A DNA stretch of 64,000 nt from Marsupella aquatica (GCA_973895155.1 OZ316896.1:744001-808000), one strand, 5' to 3'; counted from the first letter of the stretch, positions 22,799-35,912 are shown. Notes: a model not told the origin generated them from the letters alone. Translations and numbers: made by a program.

Positions 22799-25563
22799 AT
22801 TATAGACACTTGTGTTTGGTCATTTCTTTTCCTTTGTTTGTGTAGTGCATGTCACATATATACAAAATAGTTCAGTTTGGTTATCGTGGACATTTGAGAC
22901 CAATTGTAGAAATCAACTAACATGATCTGCACTGTATGCAACTGTTTTGGATGACACATAGGAACCCATGCCTTGTTGCCCTATGTAATTACATACTTAG
23001 TTTGGCCCCAATTTGAAAGCCCACTTTGCGCACCCCACCATCCCTCCTCCCCAAAATTCATTATTTAAGCTAAGCTTTGTGCCTATGATTGATTCTTAGT
23101 TTAAATTCAATATCAAGTTTGTTTGCTTTTTTGGGGGAGGGAAGGAAGGGCAAATGAGACCTGACAAATGAAGGGAAGTACAAGGGAATAATGACTAAGT
23201 ATGACCTCCACATGTGATACAAATTAAGATAAATACAATTCTAGGGGGTTAAATCATTCTCTATGTAGGGCATCACATGCAATTCTAGCCTAATATAAAT
23301 GTATATATTTTATAAAGAAATGTTCTCAAAATATTCTCTATTTTTTATATTATATTTATTATTTTACTTTATGACTGATATAAATTAAAGAATACTCTGT
23401 CAATGTGAGTTTATAATATCTCCTTGTATCTTCTATGCTTTTTTAAAAATTGGTTAATTTCTATTAAAAATATATATTTTTGGATTGCATGTGGTTCTTT
23501 ATGATTTTTTATAGTTGACCCCTCAAGATGCAATTGTGGCACTTTCAATCTTTGTGTGCAACAAGGAGTCCATGTGTGCTTGGGAACTTTTTTATCTACT
23601 TGGGAGCTGCTCAAAATTTCCTACCCTGCTATATGGAGAATCCACCCTACTTGTACATGATGTTAAATTGTTTTTCTGATAATTAACTCTGTAAATAATA
23701 ATAAATATGCACCTGGTATGAAGGGAGCGAAAAGAGTTGCCCCAAGGACATATTAAGGCTGGATAGGATAGGTTTTCAACAAGACCAGAATTGAAGGATT
23801 GGCTTTGTCCATGAAAAGCTACTTTCCCAGAGGAAATTTGTCTTTAAGACAGTTCCGGTTCAACACAAATTGGTGTTATAGTCTCGCCTCCCTTGACCTG
23901 TCACACACAGCTAAGACAAAAAGTCACTCCTAACTGACTTTTACAGTCAATTGGATTTGATCTATAGTCATGAAAATCTGAATCTTTTGAGCATTTTTTA
24001 TGAATAGGTTCGGGTGTTAATCCAGTAATGTAACACCGTTAAGGGTAGAAAATGGAGACAAATGGAAGCTATGACACAAATGACAATCCACAGGGGGATG
24101 GCCGGATTAGGATAAAAGTGTTAAAAAATTGATAACATGACCCCGAATATGACAAGCTTACCAGGTTGCTGACCACCGTACCTTGTTTCTCCACCAAAGT
24201 GCACAATGAAGAAACTGGCTCATACCTCAGTACTCACTAGCGCTGAAGAAACCAGAATGTATGTGAAGCAAAAATTAGGTATTTCTCATAAAAAATTCAG
24301 AATGTTTCAACCCATAAGCATAATAGAAGCCCCATGAACTCATGGAACTTTGTAACGAGGTAGCCTCCTGGTTACCTATCCACCAAAATGCCATGCCCAT
24401 GGTACACATGAATGATTGTTTTTTGAAACCAAGGCTTCCATAGGTCACACAATCTTTGACAATAATTCAACTTTTAAAATTGGCATGATCATCTTCAAAC
24501 ATCATTTTGTTACTCATAATCTACAACTCTGATAGACAATGCCGCCATTTTTTATCCTTTGTTCCGTTATGAAATACAGAATCGGCAGGAATCAAAATTG
24601 GCCATTAGATAGTTTATATGATTTTTGTATCTGTTTGATTAGCACTTGCCCTCTCTGGCAAGGCCTCCCACACCCGTGCCTTCACTATGGACCCCCCTCG
24701 CAATATATGTATACGGGCATCAATGCTTGCAATGCCTCGCCCTCCCCTCTATCCCGATGCGCTTGCCCCTGCCTCTTGCCCTCCCCTTGATCCATGCCCT
24801 ACTTTGCCCTGACACCCTGCCTTGCCCTCCCCTCGGTCCCGATGCGCTAGCCCCTGCCTCTCGCCCTCCACCCCATAAATGCCCTGGCCTGACTCCCTAT
24901 GGGTCGGCCCTCCTTGGGCTGTGCAACGCATAGGCAGAGGGCTCATGTAGTATAATAGCTCACACATGTTGAATTCAAATGTACTTTTAAGTCGGATATT
25001 GTGATGTATCCTCACATCAAGTTCTTATGGATGAAGGAGAAAAGAGATTAATGACAAGAAAACTATAGTGGGGACTCTTAGGTTCCCTTGAAAAATAAAT
25101 AATAATATTTTTTGAGACCGAGAAAAACATCACACAAATACAGATTGGTGTTGACAGGCGACACTAATTTTGGCAGAGCTAGACGGTTGGATGTTTTCTC
25201 CTGTTATCAGGAATAGTGCACTTTGTTAGTATTTTACTATAGCTCTAGCATTCAATGTTGCGGATGCAAATAGTGAGTTTCAAATTTTTGAAAGTGGCAG
25301 GGCTTGTGCGGGGGAGCGTATCCGTTGAGGGAGAGTTTTCTTCAGAATTTCTTTGGGTGAATCTACATTGTGGTGGTTTTGGGGCTGACGGTTTTTGGGA
25401 CTGCTGACAGTTTTGGCTCTCGATTGTTTGGTTGACGATTTTGGAATTATTGAATTCTGAAGTAGTTCTGAAGTTACATTATGCTGCATTTTGGAGGTTG
25501 TAAGTCTGGGAGCTTGGTGGTTTGGTAGTAGTACTCTACTGATAAGGTGGTAAGGATGGTAGC

Positions 25564-27605
25564 ATGATGGACAGAAGGGGATTTAAACCATGGGAATCAG
25601 AAGGGTGTAGATACCAACAACATCGGGATCACAAGCAATCTAGCTACCCCAATTTCAGTGATTCAAATAGGGAAGGAGTCAATTGGCGTACATCGAGGGC
25701 AGGCATAGGAGGAGATAGAACACTGGATTGGGGTAATAGGAGTAAAAGATTAGAGGCAATCTCTGATATTCCTTCATCTTTGGAATTTATTCAGGATTCT
25801 CTGGCACCAGGAGTTTTCAAAGAGCTGCAGGACACCTTCTATTAGGACAAAGTGGTCCTATGTTTTGAAGGTGTTGTTAACATCAGGCAAGCGGAGGAAT
25901 GGGTTTAGTTATATAACCATCAACATTCCGATAGACTGGATATCTATGAACCGCTAGCGAATGCTCTTTTTGTGGTGACTGTGGTCTCTGATAATTTAGC
26001 ATAGACTATCAAAGTTCTTATTCTATCTTCCCCTCTTATTCTTTCCAAACATCAAGAGAAACATGCGAACTTGGCTAATTTGAATGCAAAAGCTTTGGCG
26101 ATTGAGGATAGGCAGGTGTCGGTTAACGCCTTCTCCCCTGACTTTGATCCGTAGAATCCGATTGCATTCAAACAACTAGTTACATTGCAAATAGCTAAAG
26201 CAAATCAACTTCTCTACTTTGTTTTGGATTCAGTGTTTCGTATGATTGGAAAAGTGACTCGAAGGTTTATGTGTACTGGGTTGACAAGCATCGCATCATT
26301 GTGTTGGTGGAAACTCTACTTTGCCAGTGGCAATCATCTATTATGTATAGGTTTCATGAATCACTGGTTAAGGTCATACACATCGACATGATTGATAAAC
26401 AACCACGTTGTTAACTTTGTTTCTCACCAACACACTCTGCCAATTAGTGCTTTCAAGGAGGTCTGGATTCTAGACTCAATTCTAATAAAGCATCAGGTGG
26501 TAGAACATTATAAGGTACCGCCTTCTATTCAAGGTGACAGGGGTAGTCTTACGAGGAAGGAACTGGTCAAGGAGAAGATCCCTAGTGTTGGTATTCTGAG
26601 GCCCAGGCCTTTCATTACAGGAAGCAAGAGTGGTTACGAAACCCTTGACTCTTCTCATTTCCATCCTGAATGATAGGTGGAATTCTTTCTGCAGTTATCC
26701 TTCCAGCTCAATTGATCTTGTGATTGCATTGAACCTTGCTATTTTGCAAGCCAATCGGATTGAGCCAGAATACTTACACAAAAAGAAGGAGAGACTGAAA
26801 AAAGGATCAGGTGGACGGCAAGGAGAAAAGTGTTTCCCCTACATATGTGGTTGCGATTGGTAGTCATTCAGAGAAGTTTGATACTCAAAAGCAAGCACAT
26901 TCATCATCTATTGCTCCTAAGTCCCTAAAGGGTACACAACAGGGTACCAATTTCTTTAACATAGAGGAAGAGGACGCTCGTAAACTAAAGCTCTTTCTGA
27001 GTGAGCAAGAGTCTGCATTACAGAAGTGGCAATTGGAAAAAGAAGTGGAGAAATCCAAGAGACCAAGGCTTGTACTTACTAACAAGGAATCACTAGATCT
27101 GTTGGCTGACAGAGCAATCTTGATTTCACCGTTACAAAATATTGTCTGGCCAAAATTTTGCTTGGATCCTGCTTCTCCTAGTGAGACATTCTCTCTATTA
27201 AATACGGATACTTCAAAGCGGAAATCTAGTTTTCTGGATAGTCTACAATTTTCCGAACTGAAGGATTGGCAGAGTTGCATTGCTGATTGTTTGCTAAGTT
27301 GGGAAAAGGCCCGCACTACTGGTTTACGAAAGGGTAAAAAGATTATTGATAATCCATCGAGCAACATTGGCTCACCTATTTCTCTTGGCTACCCCACTTT
27401 GGAGTTCAAGAAATCCCCCAAGAAATGTCGAGGTAGTGGAATCATTTGTTTGGAACCTGACTTGGTTTCTCCAACTCAAATTTGCAGAGATTTGTTTAAG
27501 AATCAGAGTGGAAGTGGTGAGAATCAAGTTGTTGGTGCCCCGGTTGGTGTTAATCACTCCTGTATCAATAATAGCTTCTTCTTGGTATCCTATCTACAGA
27601 GGTAG
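25564..27605 (+). pseudogene. LINE ORF1 (gag-like) remnant
   Basis: The reading frame is interrupted. A CX2CX4HX4C zinc knuckle reads C*LCFSPTHSAN*C at 26409-26450. It lies directly upstream of ORF2. Confidence 0.7.
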
Positions 27606-27659
27606 CGGAACAGGATAATACCTCTTCATAAGAGAGTGTGTTCCATCTGGTTTATCCAG

Positions 27660-30600
27660 ATGAGGTTACATATCATTTTGCATAACGTGCAGGGGTTATG
27701 TGGGGCTGATCGTAGCTCAAAAGTTTGTCAGTTCATAAGAGAGACTTTCCCTCAAACTGATATTTTCTGTGGTTAGGAACACCATTTGCGGGCTGGTAGG
27801 CTACATCTTCTCTCTTATCAGCTGTGGAAAGATGCTGAATTTTCTATAGCCCGGCTAGTGATGGAGCTATGGCGCCCAAGGATCCAACTGCTCAGTCAAG
27901 AAAAGGTGGACCATCTATAAAGGCAGTTGGCTATCTTCCTAGTGGCCGTGGAATCTGGTGTACATTCAGTCACCCTAAACTAGGTGATTTTGGTATCATG
28001 AATGTTTATGCTCCTATGGGTCCGGAAAGTGAAAGGGATCGTACTCTACTTTGGGGTGAAATCCCGGGTAAATTACATTTTTCATGGTGTAGTAATCCAA
28101 TGGTCAACTCTGGTTTATCCTCTGATCGTATTCTCCGACGGCTAGATAGATGCTATGCTCCGTTGGATTCTCCACTAATGAAATTCACCCTGGTGTCTTC
28201 TATTATCTTTGCTCAATTCATGTCGGATCATCATCCGAAAAGTATCATTTGTATTGCAAGGAAGCACTGTATATATCTTTCCTTCTCGGTTCAAGATGAA
28301 TACCTCTCACTTTCTGGATCTAGATTTCCGAGGGTCCATGGTTGAGTTATTTGTCACTAGCTGAAACCTACAGATCTACTCGGAAGAAGCTTCCTCCCAA
28401 TAAAGCACTTGAGGGTTGTTTGAAAACGGCAACTAATTTGGATCGGACATGGGGGAAAAAAGGCTATGATTAAAGGGCAGTATCTGGAAGCATCAAAGCA
28501 GAATCTGGTGAAAGCTCAGCTTGAGTTGGAGATATACTCGCAATCTTTGGAACTACAAGTGAAGTTAGCGGATTGTACTAAGATCCTTAAATCTCTGGTG
28601 GAAAAGGACTTATTATGGATGCAAGAAGGAGTGCATCGTAATTGGATTCAATATGGGGATAAATGTTCCTAGCATCCATAGTTTAACTCTTTTAAAGGAA
28701 AAGCTGTAGCAACGGAAGTGAAGGGCCTGGATGATGCAAATAATGTGGTACAATACGAATGGGACGAGATGTCAAAGATAGCTACAACCTTCTTCTCATC
28801 TCTATTGTCCTCAAAATATCATCCAACAGAGGATGAATTAGAGCATGTCCTTAACAATGTGAAAGTATGTATCTCGGATCTACTTTAAATCTTCCACTCA
28901 TGTTAGAGGAAATTCTGGTGGCTACTAAGGCTCTGGGGACAAATAAGGCACCGAGGCATGATGGAGTACCTGTGGAGTTCTTCCTGTCATTTTGGAAGAA
29001 TATGGGTCCACTTTTACTTTTGGCTCTCAATGATGGTATTGCAAAAGGCAAATTTAGTCATAGTTTTTTGAAAGGAATCATTGTCCTCCTTCCAAAAAAA
29101 GGTGATGAATTCAAGATTGACAATAAACGACCAATCTCGCTTCTCACTATCAGCTACAAAGTGGGTACTAAAGCATTTCAGTTACGTTTAATTCACATTC
29201 TGATGAGAGTCATCTCTGATCAGCAGTTTGTTTTTCTTCCGGGAAGGTCCATTCATCATACAATGTTGCTATCAAATGAAATGGTGACTCAAGCTATGGT
29301 GGCAGCCGATCCATATGTTTGTTTAAAGCTGGATGTCATTAAAGCTTTTGACAGCGTGGAATGGGTCTTCATCTAAAGGATGTTGGATAAGATGGGATTT
29401 GACGGAGAGTTTACCAAATTCTTTCGAGCAATTACCACCAATGCATCTTCAGCCATAATATTAACTGACAGGGTGACTCAAGCTTTTGATATCTCCAGAT
29501 CAGTGAGACAAGGTTGTCCTATTTCTCCACTGTTTTTCATCATTGCCATTCAGGGGCTTGATTGTTTGTTGACGGAGAAACTATCTTTCAGACCGGGCAG
29601 TTGGAAGGAGTCAGATTCAAAGATGAAGGGATACATCTGGCGCATCAACTCTATGCTGATAATACGACTATAATCCTGAAAGGGGAGTACGAGAATATTA
29701 TGAGTTGTAAAAACTTCTTTGATGTTTTTGCAACGGCTTTGGATTTGCTCAAGGTGCGATTGGAGTTCCACAAACGCCATTCTTCTTAGTAATGCTCCTT
29801 TTACCTAGTGATTTGGAACGTCTAGGGTGGAATTGGGAAAAATTTGACAACATCTCAAAATTATGGGATTTCTTTTTGGAGCGGAAGGCATCGACTCAGG
29901 AAGCATTTTGGTTCAAATTAGAGTTAAGTTGGATAAAAAGTTGGCTCTAATTAAATTACAACCACACTCATTCATGGCTAGAATTCTGGTTATATCAATC
30001 ATATTTTGATGGGATCTCTATGGTACATTCGAGGGTACATTCTCACTCTCTGGGGAGGTTCAGACTCTGATCTGCATGCCATCAAGATGGTGCTAATCAA
30101 ATTCCTATGGGCTGGTCAAGAGATTTTGGCCAGACATAGACTTAATTTTTGGATTTTATCACTTCCTAAGTCTAAAGGGGGAGTTGGATTGATTTCATTT
30201 GAAGATCAGGTAACGGCACTTGCAACAAGATTTATTTTTCTGGCTATGGCTGATGGTCAACATCCGCTTCAAGTATTGTTACGCTCTAGAATTTGGAGGT
30301 TATCTTTACACAAGTGGGGATCTGCTGACTACGCATGCATGGGTCTTCAATAAATGTTGAACTAGACTGCCATTGGAAGGCTCTGTAATTTGGAAATCAA
30401 TTTGTAGATCGTGGAACAAAATAAAAGTTCATCTGATATTCTCTACACCTGTGAATTGGAAGTCTGTGCTGGATAAAACCTTTCTGGTCTCCTTCCACCA
30501 ATCACAAGGATGACATAAAGATAGCAGGCTGTAGCACTGTACCTTGACGGCACATGAAAAGCAGAGGACTTCTAAAGTGGGGGGATCTATATGTCAACGC

Positions 30601-31819
30601 TTCGATGCCTAGATCTTGGGAAATCTTTTGTGGAGAGGATTATCCTAGGTACAAGAGGTCGTTCCAAGTGATCATGGATAACTCGTTATTTCCTAATGTA
30701 TCGATGCTACCTCAAGAAGCTGAATCTAACATGATGATCTCTCAATTCCCAATCTTGGAAGGCAACAAGGCTTGGGAAATCAAGATTTGTAATAGCCTGG
30801 AGAAGGACAGCTGGGAGTTAGACAAAATTCCAATGATTCCGGTATCTTCGTATGCTATTACACATGGAATTCTTTGGAAGATTGAATCACAACAGGTTTC
30901 TGGCACTAGATTAGTCCGATTGGTTACGGATCGTATGAAGAGCTGGTTATCTCATAAACAAGGGATTGGAGTGATGGGGCCTTCATTCAAGGATTTTGGT
31001 AAATTGGACCATTTTCATTGGAAGGATGGGAAACAATTCTTCCATGCTTCCACGGACAGCTTAAGATGTTTGCTTCAAAACAGGCTGCCAGTGGTTGGTG
31101 GGGGGATCTCAAAATGGAGAATGGGAGTTCGGGCGGTCCCTTTGGAGAAGGAAATCTGGAAGAATATCTGGAAACCATTTCGGGAAGAAAAAGTTAATCA
31201 TTTTCTTTCGCAAACTGCTCACAGGTTGGTTGCGACTAAACACTATATTGGTCGGCGTTCCAAGAGGCTGGATGAACATGGACACATCATTCCTATTTCC
31301 AGATCAGATGAGCTTTGGTGGTGCAAAAGATGTGAGATGGGTGCACATGAAGATTTGTTCCATTGTCTTTGGTCATGCCCTGTTTCTTGTTCTATCTGGA
31401 CTTGGATTGAAACTCTCTTGCATATTGCGAGAGTGGCTTTGGTGAATACGCATTTCGAGGCTGTCCATGCTTTACTGGGAGCTCCTGTCAATAATAGGCG
31501 TAACTTTCCTCTCAAATTGTGGCAGATCCTCAGAGGGATTGCCATATGGCAAATTTGGAAATCTCGTTGTGCCTTGGAGAAAGAGAATTTGGCCACTTCA
31601 CTGCTGGGGTTAAAGATTAAGATCTGGCTGGAACTTTATTCTTATCTCAAGATAGCTTGGCTTCAGGGTATCTCTCGGCTTTCTACAGTTGGAGACGACA
31701 ATCAAGCTGTGTCTGGTCGTTTGCGTAGGGACTTTGGCGGTAATGGTGGATTGTATAGGATTAGTGATGGTCTTTTTATTGTTGACTACCGGTCCATGTG
31801 GACTTCTGATCCACCTTGA
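27660..31819 (+). pseudogene. LINE ORF2 remnant (endonuclease, reverse transcriptase, zf-RVT)
   Basis: Endonuclease motifs: MRLHIILHNVQGL, DIFCG*EHH, NVYAP, RLDR, SDH. RT motifs: KAPRHDG, RPISLL, KLDVIKAFDSVEW, RQGCPISP, YADN. The C-terminal region has LPKSKGGVG, CKRC...EDLFHCLWSC and WQIWKSR. There are multiple stops and frameshifts. Confidence 0.92.
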
Positions 31820-33349
31820 AGGATTAGGTTTGTTACCTTTTGGACTCACTTTCATTTACTGTGACTCCATTTGGTGTTAGCTTAGTTGATGGTTCCTTTT
31901 GTGCAGATGAATTTATCCTCATGGATTTTTTCGCCCTGGTGACAACTGTTCAGGTCTTTGCTCTTGCTGGACTGGCCTCTCGCTGTTATTCTGTTCTGAG
32001 TTGGCCCTCAGATTTGCTTTCTCTATGCATTAGTTGTTCTGGAGTGAGTGGCAGATTTGTCCACTTTGCACTCTTGTTAATCACTTTTGCCCTTGTCCCC
32101 GTGCTTGGATGTGTCTGAGCTCTGGGTGACTTTTGGTCCTTGACCGCATGTGGTCTGGCCATTTTACTCCCACGATTTACTGGGTTTTACTTGTCTAATG
32201 AGTAAAGTATTCCTTTCAAGAAAAAAAATTAAAAAATAAATAATATTGAAAATGTCAATATGTGACAAAATTTCAGGTAGTGTTTGCGAGAAGTTCAGAA
32301 ACTAAAACAAATATTTTGGGAATCTTCTCAATCCTTAATGTAAACACTGATAAGACGTATCAGTGTATCCCTTTTGCAAGAAAAGAAAGGAAATCCAGAG
32401 AAACTATTTATTTATGAAATTGCAGTATACTATTATTTGAAGAGAGAAAATATATGCTTTGGCGCAGCCCGGACCTAATCATCCCTACGGCTATTTATTA
32501 ATAACTGTGTGACAGCCATTAATAACTCAGTCTAACGCTGATGGTCCAGGTGCATCCCCCTCTTCGGAGTTCCGAATTCGTTGTACGTGACCCTGGTCCG
32601 GTTACACTAGTAGGGGCGTGGGCAGGGCCCCAGGTGACGTGCACCTATTATTAGATGCACCCCCCCTGTCGCTTTGCATAGTCACTAAGTTGTTCTCAGA
32701 AACCGTGTCTTACCGTAGAATACACGGTCAAGATTCACACTTGACGAGAAGTCCCGACAGAGACCCTTCGATCTGGCCATAATAATAAATGGGACATTGC
32801 TGAGTTCCGTCTGATAGTAACTGTAACTCGAGAAAGGGAGAATACGTGTAGGGGTCACCCACGGCCCCAAGCTGGTTGTGGGATGTAATCCTCCAGGCGA
32901 GGGTTTTAAACTTTAAAGCCATGGTCCCTGAGTTGCATGGATTAGGGAGCATAACCAGTCAGTTTATTTTTGCTCTGACTATATGTTTTGACTAAAACTT
33001 GCGCCTGAGAATGGGTGACCGTCAAGGCGGGCCAACCATGGGAGCCAAAATCTCAAAACCCCTGGGCAAGGTTTGGGGGGGGGGTATGTTCTGGCTCATA
33101 ACCAACCATCCTTAGATATTTCAAAGGGAAAAGCACAGGAGCCAGTTATGGTAGGTAACGTATCACTCTGCTATCTATTGCTTAGTAAGGCTTTAGTCTT
33201 TTGCTACTGTTGGGGACTCTTGGACTTGTCGGCTCTTCCTCGGTTTTTCTTAGTTTTGTTTTTGTCCCCTTTATTAGGTCTCTTGCTATGGGATCTTTGA
33301 CAAATTTGATTCTTTGGAATTGTAATATATATTAAAAGAAGGTAAGATG

Positions 33350-33860
33350 CTTGACTGAACTTCAGTTCAGTATTCTGATGGGGCATCAAAAATGGTCCCA
33401 GAAGTTACTGTCCATAGTATTGTCCACCATATTGCCAAAAAAGTATTATCACAAGTCGTATCATTTAGCTTGGCTGAACTTTGGTTCAGTATTGTGACAG
33501 GCCCCAGAAATGGTCACAAAATGTACTGTGTATCTTATTGTCACAAACCACATTACTCAGCCTATCGTTACCACATAGTGGTCATGGGCCTGGTTGGCTG
33601 ATATTTAGTTCAGGATTGTGCTGGGCCCTAAAATGACCCAAAATTTACATATTTAGCCTATTGTGACCACATCATCCCCTACATTGTACACCATACTTCA
33701 CAATTCATATTCACTTGCATCTTCTTGTGACCACATAGTTTTGGTCATGATTGGCTAACTTACTATACTTTAGTTCAATTGAAGTGATGACAAGCCAAAA
33801 TGACTCATGATATACTGTCTAAAATCATATTGTCAAACCTATTGTGACCAGGTAGATTTT
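33350..33860. repeat. Degenerate tandem repeat (~120-160-bp period), probably TE-internal
   Basis: Blocks of the form tggctga..tt(t/g)gttcag.attgtg....aaatg(g/a).c.caaaa and tattgtgacca recur at ~33350, 33470, 33595 and 33750. Confidence 0.6.
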
Positions 33861-34506
33861 ACCACAGGCCTAGTTTACTCCAAGAGATATACTTGCTCCA
33901 AGAGATATACTTGATTGACCCCTAAATTAAAAAGTGTTACTTGGCCGGTCCCATGAGGCTTAGGTGTATTTATTTAAGGTCCATCAACAGCCTCGATCAC
34001 TCATGGGGTCCATCAAATAACATTTTTGGTTTGCTGGGGTCAATCTACTAAGGCATCTCAAAACTTCAAAATTACGTATGATGACTTCCATCCATATTTA
34101 AATGGTCATAACTTTTTCAGAAGGTTGTTATGTAGAAGTTTTTTTCTTTGGTTTTTGTCACTAGCCTTTAGAGTGACTACTGGTCAAGGCATATGACCAA
34201 TCATAATGGCAAAAAGTCATGTATTATGATTTGGTAGTACATGACTTTTTGTGCTCATAACCAGTAACTACAAAGTTAAGCTCTATGAATTGGCAGTCTG
34301 AAACTTTTTGTGTTGTGAACCTGTAACAAGGGAGTTAAGGTCCATCAAATGCTGAGCTTTGAGACTAGTGTATCTCTTGGTTTCTACTCACGTATCCGGT
34401 TATCTTTAGCTCAGGCACGCAGCCATTCCTTATGGCAAAGTTATGGACTATGAATTTGATAGTAGGTAACTTTTTTTGTTTATTAACTTGGACCTACAGA
34501 GTTAAC

Positions 34507-34604
34507 CTACCTCCACCTCTAGCACATACTCAAAACTAAAAAATATTTGAATTTATGAACATGAAGTTATCACAATTAAACTGAAATTTTGGGAAATGTA
34601 GTCC
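34507..34604 (+). repeat. Dispersed repeat, copy B (homologous to 9808-9906)
   Basis: ctccacctctagcacatactcaaaactaaaaaatatttgaatttatgaacatgaagtt...aaattttgggaaatgtagtcc matches copy A. Confidence 0.75.
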
Positions 34605-35622
34605 ATAGGGGTTCAATTACCAATGTTGTGGTCCATGGGATCATCATTTTCTTGAGACGCCCTCTTCCCATCTTCCCCCAAACAGAACCCCAATATTTTA
34701 ATATAATGTCCAAATTCTATGTTAAAATGACGTTGTGTCTGAAACAAAACTACTTTTCCTGCCGCATACCTATAGAACATAGTGTCAAACTTGAATACAA
34801 TGCCAATATTTGAACATAAGGCCCAAATGCTATGTTAAAATGAACTACTTGAAAAAACTTTTTTCTAATGGAGATCGAAAACAATCTTACTTATAAATCT
34901 GCAACTACAACTTAGAGTTGGGGCCTAGGCTTCTAGAGTGAAGCCTCTAGATGATAAATCCATGGTTCATCATGTGAAATGATGAGAAAATTGATGTCTG
35001 TGATGTATATCATGTCAAATGATAATTATGGCTGCTTTTTGTTATGATTTTTATTTATTTTAAAAACTGATCTCTATGGCCCCATCATATTATATGTGCA
35101 TAAGTGAGATGTAGGATAGAAAAATTAGGGATATGCATAGAAAAAAGTACTATGATATGTTATGTCTGATTATTAAAATGATGATATGTATGATAATTTT
35201 CTTATCATTTTATTAACCTTCAAAAATATATAAATAAGAAATATATTTTGGTGACATTTTTATTGTACTCCACAACTATTCTATTCAGGTTCAAATAACA
35301 GGTAGTCGGGGCTATAAGGGGCTATACAATACATTTTCGAACATAAATCCAGGGCGCTTTGTTCGGGGGTATATGTCTCGGTTTTTAGTGGTGTATCCGG
35401 TTATCTTTAGCCCGGGCAGGTGAGTCACAGTGCTGGAGTTTCGTGAGCAATGAGATGCATCCCCCCTGGCTCGGTACCACAAAAACCCGACTGCGTTCTC
35501 TCTGGACGACCGCCCGCGAAGCCCAACAAAGATGGTCGCCGCGACGCCATGAGCGATCGCCCTTTCACCGCCCATTCATTCATTCATTCATGCATTTCAG
35601 TCCACTGCCAATTCAATCTCCG

Positions 35623-35912
35623 GCCTCGTCCCTCTCGTCCCTCGCTGCCCTTGATTTCTTGTTTCGCTCTCCGTCAAGCCTCAATTTCCCCGACGACGAC
35701 GATTTTCGAGGCACTTGTGACACCCACAGCGACGGAATTCGCTTTTCACTCGACCATTTCTCGTGGCCTCTCGCCCCTCTCGTCCCTCGCTGCCCTTGAT
35801 TTCTTGTTTCGCTCTCCGTCAAGCCTCAATCTTCCCGACGACGATTTTCGAGAGCGCATGTGACACCCACACCGACGGAATTCGCTTTTCACTCGACCAT
35901 TTCTCTTGGCCT
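35623..35912 (+). repeat. ~145-bp tandem duplication in the presumed 5' UTR of the SHMT gene
   Basis: ctctcgtccctcgctgcccttgatttcttgtttcgctctccgtcaagcctcaat...gacggaattcgcttttcactcgaccatttctc occurs twice (~35623-35769 and ~35766-35912). Confidence 0.93.

Larger units (their letters stand above)
25105..32231 (+). mobile_element. Decayed, apparently full-length L1-type LINE retrotransposon (~7.1 kb)
   Basis: It has an ORF1 remnant with a CCHC knuckle and an ORF2 remnant with AP endonuclease, RT and C-terminal zinc-binding (zf-RVT-like) domains. An A-rich tail starts at ~32218. The candidate TSD aaaaataaataata (25091-25104 and 32232-32245) is AT-rich, so the boundaries are less certain. Confidence 0.9.

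Noticed and set aside
24539-25015. Pro/Cys-rich ORFs
   Set aside because: They arise from a C-rich low-complexity tract, with no other sign of coding potential.
32874-32884. snRNA upstream sequence element (ATCCCACAACC, minus strand)
   Set aside because: The match is imperfect, with no TATA box at the required spacing and no recognisable snRNA downstream.
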